A stretch of 12,258 nt of DNA, from NCBI GenBank assembly GCA_031372065.1, contig JANMKN010000283.1, positions 1 through 12,258 of the forward strand. The letters are read 5' to 3'. Made by a program: the position numbers and the translations under genes. Shown piece after piece: positions 7,859 through 12,258 of the stretch (positions within the stretch are counted from its first letter, which is position 1; each line of letters opens with the position of its first letter). The DNA is from Abditibacteriaceae bacterium. Its GTDB lineage: Bacteria; Armatimonadota; Abditibacteriia; Abditibacteriales; Abditibacteriaceae. The notes beneath the pieces are model-generated. The model worked only from the letters and a program-made list of their open reading frames with translations. It was not told the DNA's origin and ran no database searches.

Positions 7859-8164
7859 ATGGTTCGTATTCGTTTGCGCCGCACAGGCGCCAAAAATAAT
7901 CCGGCCTACCGTTTGGTAGTGGCCGATCAGAACAGCCCGCGCGATGGCGCGTTTATCGAGACCATCGGGCATTATTTACCGACGCGTCAGCCTGCCGTTG
8001 TGGAAATCAACGAAGCCAAAGCGCGCGAATGGCTCAGTAAAGGCGCGCAACCCAGCGAAACCTGCCGCTCTCTGCTGCGCAAAAAAGGCATCGTTGATGC
8101 CGCAGGCCGTCTGACTGACGCCAATGCTGAAGTTCCTGCCCAACCTGCCGAAGCTGCTGCTTAA
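7859..8164 (+). CDS. rpsP: 30S ribosomal protein S16
   Basis: [23 protein letters not shown]...[13 protein letters not shown]...[11 protein letters not shown]; conserved position after ffh. Confidence 0.99.
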   Translation: MVRIRLRRTGAKNNPAYRLVVADQNSPRDGAFIETIGHYLPTRQPAVVEINEAKAREWLSKGAQPSETCRSLLRKKGIVDAAGRLTDANAEVPAQPAEAAA

Positions 8165-8176
8165 GCGCGTTTAATC

Positions 8177-8581
8177 ATGAGCGAAATCGAAAACAACGGC
8201 ACTCCGAACAACGGAAACCCCGAATCACAAATCGAATCTCAGGACGCCAATCAGGAATTTGAAAGCGCATTCGACGAATCGTTTGACGAACTTTCCGAAG
8301 ACGAAGCGCGCCTCATTGAATTGGTCGGTTATCTGGTGCAAGGCATCGTGGCGCATCCCGATGAAGTGGAAGTCGAAGAGTTTCTCGACGACATCGGCTC
8401 GGTTTACGGTGTGCGCGTGCATGGCGATGACATTGGCCGTGTGATTGGCAAAGATGGCCGCGTGGCCAATGCACTGCGCCAAATCGTCAAAGCCGCCGCC
8501 ACCAAAAATGGCGCGCACGTCACCGTGGAAATCATGACCGACGACGCGCCGCAAGAACTGACCGCCGAAACCAGCGCTTAG
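8177..8581 (+). CDS. khpA: KH-domain RNA-binding protein KhpA (YlqC-like) with acidic N-terminal extension
   Basis: IVAHPDEVEV...VHGDDIGRVIGKDGRVANALRQIV with GxxG loop; canonical position between rpsP and rimM. Confidence 0.92.
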   Translation: MSEIENNGTPNNGNPESQIESQDANQEFESAFDESFDELSEDEARLIELVGYLVQGIVAHPDEVEVEEFLDDIGSVYGVRVHGDDIGRVIGKDGRVANALRQIVKAAATKNGAHVTVEIMTDDAPQELTAETSA

Positions 8582-8603
8582 TTTTGGGGCCGTCCTGCCC
8601 TTG

Positions 8604-8630
8604 ACCGCAGGCCACAAGCCTGCGGTTTTT
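8604..8630 (+). terminator. Rho-independent terminator after khpA
   Basis: accgcaggc-cacaa-gcctgcggt followed by tttt (9-bp stem). Confidence 0.8.
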
Positions 8631-8657
8631 CGTGTGTGTATTATCGTCAACACTCCG

Positions 8658-8802
8658 ATAGAACACGGGCTACGCACACGGAAACGGCACAGATTTTCAC
8701 GGTTTTGCGAGAGAAATTTCGGATTTAGGGCTGTAAAATTCAAAAAATCCGTGACAATCCGTGTCGTTTCCGTGTATGAAATCCGTGTTCCATTGAGTTT
8801 GT
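8658..8802. repeat. Palindromic REP/MITE-like element, copy 2
   Basis: ~50-bp imperfect inverted arms (8658-8706 and 8744-8793) built of CACGG/CCGTG units. Reverse complement of 8782-8802 (acaaactcaatggaacacgga) matches 5088-5108 at 20/21. Confidence 0.88.
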
Positions 8803-8803
8803 T

Positions 8804-9328
8804 ATGGCCGATCCTGATTTGTCACAAGATTTATCCACATGGGATGTTTTGGTGGGGCGCGTGCGCGATCACTGGAACCAAGCCGATGTGAGAATTCAGC
8901 CGTTTTCCACCGCAGCGGGCCGTTTCGAGGCGGGCGCGCAATTGTGCGCCGTCGTGGGCAATGAACGGCAGCTTTTGACGATTCGCACTTCGCAGTCAAA
9001 AGGTAATCATTGGGTTTGCGATGTCGGCTTCACGCAAACCGCGCAAGCCACAGCCCTCAAAGGCGCGGAATTGTTCATTCACACCAATATGCGTGTGCCT
9101 TTGCCCGAAGGCGAATGGTATCCCGATGAACTGCTTGGCTGGCGCGTAGTGACCGAAACCGGTGAAGAACTCGGTGAAATCGAAGGCGTGCTGGAAACGC
9201 CCGCACACGATGTTTTCGAGACGAATTTAGCGATGATTCCCGATGTGCCCGATTTCATCGTGAAAAAAGACGCCGAAACAAAAACTATCACCGTGCGCGA
9301 CATGCCGGGCCTGAAATTCGAGGAATAA
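8804..9328 (+). CDS. rimM: Ribosome maturation factor RimM
   Basis: QATALKGAELFI...PLPEGEWYPDELLGWRVVTETGEELGEIEGVLETPAHDV...MIPDVPDFI (PRC barrel); synteny rpsP-khpA-rimM-trmD-rplS. Confidence 0.93.
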   Translation: MADPDLSQDLSTWDVLVGRVRDHWNQADVRIQPFSTAAGRFEAGAQLCAVVGNERQLLTIRTSQSKGNHWVCDVGFTQTAQATALKGAELFIHTNMRVPLPEGEWYPDELLGWRVVTETGEELGEIEGVLETPAHDVFETNLAMIPDVPDFIVKKDAETKTITVRDMPGLKFEE

Positions 9329-9332
9329 TGCC

Positions 9333-9761
9333 GTGCTGCCGCCGATTCCTGATCCAGTTACGCCCGTCGCGCCACAGCGTTACAAGGCACGTCCGCATTG
9401 GTTAATCTGGATTACCGTCCTTTTTTTGACAGATCTTGGAATGTCGAACTATGCCAATACTTTCGCCCAACCCATATATTCGACAAACCAAGGCGGTTGG
9501 GATTGGGGAGGTAAATGGTTGGTTTATGGCTTGCTTAGTGTTGTCATTTACTTTCTCTGGATTGGCAAAAACTGGGCTCGGCTTGTGCTTGTGGTTTGGA
9601 ACGTGTTGCACTTCGCTGCGCTTTTAGATGTAAGCGCGACACCGGAACAAGAACGATGGGCAAGAGTTAGCGTTATCCTGTCGGGTGTGGTGATTTGTAT
9701 GCTATTCTTTCCGTCCGTCGTGGAATTTTGCAAAGGAAACCGCTCCAATGGCAGTGTTTAA
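9333..9761 (+). CDS. Hypothetical membrane protein, about 4 TM helices
   Basis: GTG start 8 nt after GAGGA. Four hydrophobic segments with a LWIGKNWARLVLVV loop motif. Fills the gap between rimM and the next gene, overlapping it by 14 nt. Confidence 0.75.
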   Translation: MLPPIPDPVTPVAPQRYKARPHWLIWITVLFLTDLGMSNYANTFAQPIYSTNQGGWDWGGKWLVYGLLSVVIYFLWIGKNWARLVLVVWNVLHFAALLDVSATPEQERWARVSVILSGVVICMLFFPSVVEFCKGNRSNGSV

Positions 9762-10131
9762 ATTGGTTTTTACTGGCATCATTGCGGGCATCGCGGCGGG
9801 CTTTTTTGGCATTGGTGGCGGGCTGATTATTGTGCCGTCGTTGGTCTATTTGATGGGCTTTTCGCAGCACAAAGCAACCGGCACCAGTTTGGCGATTTTG
9901 CTGGCGCCGCTCGGCGCGGGCGCGGTTTATGAATATGCGAAAAAGGGCAATGTGGACTGGAACGCGGCCCTGATTATCGGTTCATTGCTGGCCGCTGGCG
10001 CGTGGGCTGGCGGCAAATACGCCAATCAATTAAAAGGCCCGACGCTGCAACTTGCCTTTGGCATTTTCGCCATGATTATGGGCGTTTATACCATCGTGAC
10101 GGCGATGGCGAAGATGAAAAGTCAGGGATGA
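9748..10131 (+). CDS. Half-size TSUP (TauE/SafE sulfite exporter family) membrane protein
   Basis: [40 protein letters not shown] signature and GNVDW motif; 127 aa; stop overlaps the trmD start (ATGA). Confidence 0.9.
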   Translation: MAVFKLVFTGIIAGIAAGFFGIGGGLIIVPSLVYLMGFSQHKATGTSLAILLAPLGAGAVYEYAKKGNVDWNAALIIGSLLAAGAWAGGKYANQLKGPTLQLAFGIFAMIMGVYTIVTAMAKMKSQG

Positions 10132-11009
10132 AATTCGACATTTTCACGCTATTTCCCGAATTCTTCGCGGGGCCGCTGACGAGCAGCATTTTAAAGCGCG
10201 GTCAGCAGGCGGGCGCGATTGAAATTGGCGTTCATAATATCCGCGACTGGGCCGAAGGAAAGCATCGCGTGTGCGACGATTATCCGTTTGGCGGCGGCGC
10301 GGGCATGGTCATGAAAGCGCAACCAGTGGCAACAGCTATCGAAAGTGTGTTAAATTTTAACGCCGGGCCAAATGAAAATGCGGAATGGCGAATGCGGAGT
10401 GCGGAACATGGTGAATATTCCGCACTCCGCATTCCACACTCTGCATTTCAACCGCCGTGTCCTGTCATTCTAATGACGCCGCAAGGCAGACCGTTTTCGC
10501 AAGTGATTGCGCGCGAATTGAGCGAGAAATCGCACTTGGCTTTGCTCTGCGGACATTATGAAGGCATTGACGAGCGCGCCGTGAATTTGCTGGTGACGGA
10601 CGAAATTTCCATCGGAGATTACGTTTTAACCGGCGGCGAAGCGGCGGCTTTAGTTGTTATCGAAGCAGTTAGTCGCCTTGTGCCCGGCGTTTTGGGCAAC
10701 GAAGCCTCGCCATTGGAGGAATCGTTTAGCGACGGACTGCTTGAAGCGCCGTGTTACACGCGCCCGGCGCAGTGGCGTGGGCAAAGCGTGCCGGATGTTT
10801 TATTGAGCGGACATCATGGCGAAACGGCCAAATGGAAGCGCCGCGAGGCGTTGAAACGAACTTTAGAGCGGCGGCCCGATTTGGCAGAAATGCTACGCGC
10901 GAGCCGCGAGTGGACAAAAGAAGAATTAAAAATCTGGGACGAATTCGCGCAGCACCAAACATCCGAGAGGAAATCCAACGGCGCGAGCGACCTTGAACTT
11001 AAGGAGTAA
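10128..11009 (+). CDS. trmD: tRNA (guanine-37-N1)-methyltransferase, with in-frame palindromic insert
   Basis: [13 protein letters not shown] start at ATG 10128, [62 protein letters not shown]. Confidence 0.98.
   Translation: MKFDIFTLFPEFFAGPLTSSILKRGQQAGAIEIGVHNIRDWAEGKHRVCDDYPFGGGAGMVMKAQPVATAIESVLNFNAGPNENAEWRMRSAEHGEYSALRIPHSAFQPPCPVILMTPQGRPFSQVIARELSEKSHLALLCGHYEGIDERAVNLLVTDEISIGDYVLTGGEAAALVVIEAVSRLVPGVLGNEASPLEESFSDGLLEAPCYTRPAQWRGQSVPDVLLSGHHGETAKWKRREALKRTLERRPDLAEMLRASREWTKEELKIWDEFAQHQTSERKSNGASDLELKE
10373..10450. repeat. Inverted heptamer array inside the trmD coding sequence
   Basis: tgaa aatgcgg aatggcg aatgcgg agtgcgg aacat-ggtga-atatt ccgcact ccgcatt ccacact ctgcatt tca. 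Perfect 17-bp stem 10390-10406 / 10418-10434. Confidence 0.92.
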
Positions 11010-11013
11010 AATC

Positions 11014-11364
11014 ATGAATCAAGACTTGATCCGCGCCGTGGAAAATCGGCATCTGAAAGACAACTTGCCGGGTTTCGGGCCGGGCGACACCTTGCGCGTC
11101 GGCGTAAAAGTTATCGAAGGCACTAAAGAGCGCATTCAGCAATTCGAAGGCACCTGCATTGGTCGCGGCGGAACGGGCATGGGCGAAACCTTTACCGTGC
11201 GTCGCGTTTCGCAAGGCGTCGGCGTTGAGCGCACCTTTATGCTGCATTCTCCGCGCCTCGACAAAATCGAAGTGCGCCGTCGTGGTAAAGTGCGCCGCGC
11301 CAAATTGTATTATTTGCGTGGTCGCATCGGCTCCAAAGCCATTCGCATCAAAGAAAAGGTGTAA
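11014..11364 (+). CDS. rplS: 50S ribosomal protein L19
   Basis: [28 protein letters not shown]...[18 protein letters not shown]...[22 protein letters not shown] at 11001-11006 supports ATG 11014. Confidence 0.99.
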   Translation: MNQDLIRAVENRHLKDNLPGFGPGDTLRVGVKVIEGTKERIQQFEGTCIGRGGTGMGETFTVRRVSQGVGVERTFMLHSPRLDKIEVRRRGKVRRAKLYYLRGRIGSKAIRIKEKV

Positions 11365-11366
11365 AG

Positions 11367-11487
11367 TGGTCTTTGGTTTTGGGCTTTGAACTCATCAGCG
11401 CGCGTTGCAATTTAAGGCAACGCGCGCTTTCGTTTCGGGTCTAAACCTGCCAAATTAGAAATTAAAAACCAAAGACCCAAATTCAAA
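11367..11487. repeat. Degenerate inverted heptamer array enclosing the rplS terminator
   Basis: ggtctttggtttt (11368-11380) is the exact reverse complement of aaaaccaaagacc (11465-11477). 7-nt periodicity in both arms: tggtctt tggtttt gggcttt and caaatta gaaatta aaaacca aagaccc aaattca. Confidence 0.7.
11397..11435 (+). terminator. Rho-independent terminator after rplS
   Basis: agcgcgcgttgc-aatttaag-gcaacgcgcgct followed by ttcgttt (12-bp perfect stem). Confidence 0.8.
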
Positions 11488-12258
11488 ATGGAACTGCATT
11501 TCGATTCACCTTACGTCAAAATCGCTATTGTCGGCGCTTTGTTGGGCGCGCGCGCTTTTGTGCAATTGTTTAGTCCTGTCGAAGCCAACGGGCAACGCAG
11601 CGAAACGGCGCGTTCGATAATTGAAACTCTCGATTCCGCCGCGATTGCGCTGGGCCTTGTGCTTTTCATCATCCAGCCGTTTTTGCTGCAAGCGTTTTTC
11701 ATTCCGTCCGGTTCGATGGAAGACACGCTGCGCATTGGCGACAGATTGCTCGTTTCCAAGCTAATTTATCGCATGGATGAGCCGCAGTTTCAGGATGTCG
11801 TGGTCTTTAAGGCGCCGGACGCTTCGGGTTCGGGTGGGCAGGATTTCATCAAGCGTTGCATTGGCGTTCCGGGTCACGTTGTGGAAATCCGCAAAGCGCG
11901 ACTTTATCGCGACGGCAAACTGGTGGACGAGCCGTATCCAAAACTGAGTCAGCCGCCAACTTCGGGCCTTTACGGTTACGACATGAAAATCGTGGGCGGC
12001 AAAATTTGTTCGCGTGACTATTCGATAGCGCCTGATATGCCGGGGCCGTGGGAAATCGCGGGCGAATCGCCTCGCGTCATGGCGCCCGATCAGAATCGGA
12101 TAACTGTGGCGCCCGCCGAAGCCGTGCCCGCCGGTCATTTACTGATGCTGGGCGACAATCGCCACAATTCCAACGACGGCCATTATTGGGGTTTTGTGCC
12201 ACGCGAAAACGTCGTCGGCAAAGCGATTTTCGTGTTCTGGCCGCCTGCCCGCATCGGT
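11488..12258 (+). CDS. lepB: Signal peptidase I (3'-truncated by the window edge; absent from the ORF track)
   Basis: Manual translation from ATG 11488: ...QAFFIPSGSMEDTLRIGDRLLVSK (catalytic Ser) ...DFIKRCIGVPG (catalytic Lys) ...MLGDNRHNSNDGHYWGFVPRENVVGKA...; usual position after rplS. Confidence 0.97.
   Translation, partial: MELHFDSPYVKIAIVGALLGARAFVQLFSPVEANGQRSETARSIIETLDSAAIALGLVLFIIQPFLLQAFFIPSGSMEDTLRIGDRLLVSKLIYRMDEPQFQDVVVFKAPDASGSGGQDFIKRCIGVPGHVVEIRKARLYRDGKLVDEPYPKLSQPPTSGLYGYDMKIVGGKICSRDYSIAPDMPGPWEIAGESPRVMAPDQNRITVAPAEAVPAGHLLMLGDNRHNSNDGHYWGFVPRENVVGKAIFVFWPPARIG

Noticed and set aside
8601..8891. 96-aa + strand ORF between khpA and rimM
   Set aside because: It is a translation of the terminator and the palindromic repeat element, and it overlaps rimM out of frame.
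10002..10127. Extended trmD N-terminus in the ORF track
   Set aside because: Overlaps the TSUP gene. TrmD homology begins at [11 protein letters not shown] (ATG 10128) with an ATGA coupling.
11506..12138. Minus-strand ORFs at the right end of the window
   Set aside because: They are antisense to the clear lepB frame starting at 11488, which the track missed because its stop lies outside the window.

Overview
Bacterial chromosomal window. A lineage such as Abditibacteriota/Armatimonadota is my impression from protein style only and is not verified. Most of it is a + strand housekeeping run: metallophosphoesterase, metK, prfB, ffh, rpsP, khpA, rimM, two inserted membrane-protein genes, trmD, rplS and a lepB that runs off the window end. 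Between the phosphoesterase gene and metK is a ~2.8 kb accessory cassette bounded by a perfect 52-bp direct repeat copied from the 3' part of the phosphoesterase gene, with no integrase. It carries a minus-strand two-gene operon: a large secreted beta-rich protein with a Gly-rich hydrophobic hairpin, currently split by a 1-nt frameshift in a C8 tract, followed by an exported TPR-like protein. This is a candidate phase-variable effector/immunity-type pair. The housekeeping region holds two families of short palindromic elements. One is a ~120-155 bp CACGG/CCGTG REP/MITE-like element in two copies. The other is inverted heptamer arrays in three copies, one of which sits in-frame inside trmD and adds ~26 aa. 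prfB lacks the usual programmed +1 frameshift, and metK has a ~135-nt structured leader that matches no SAM riboswitch class I recognise.
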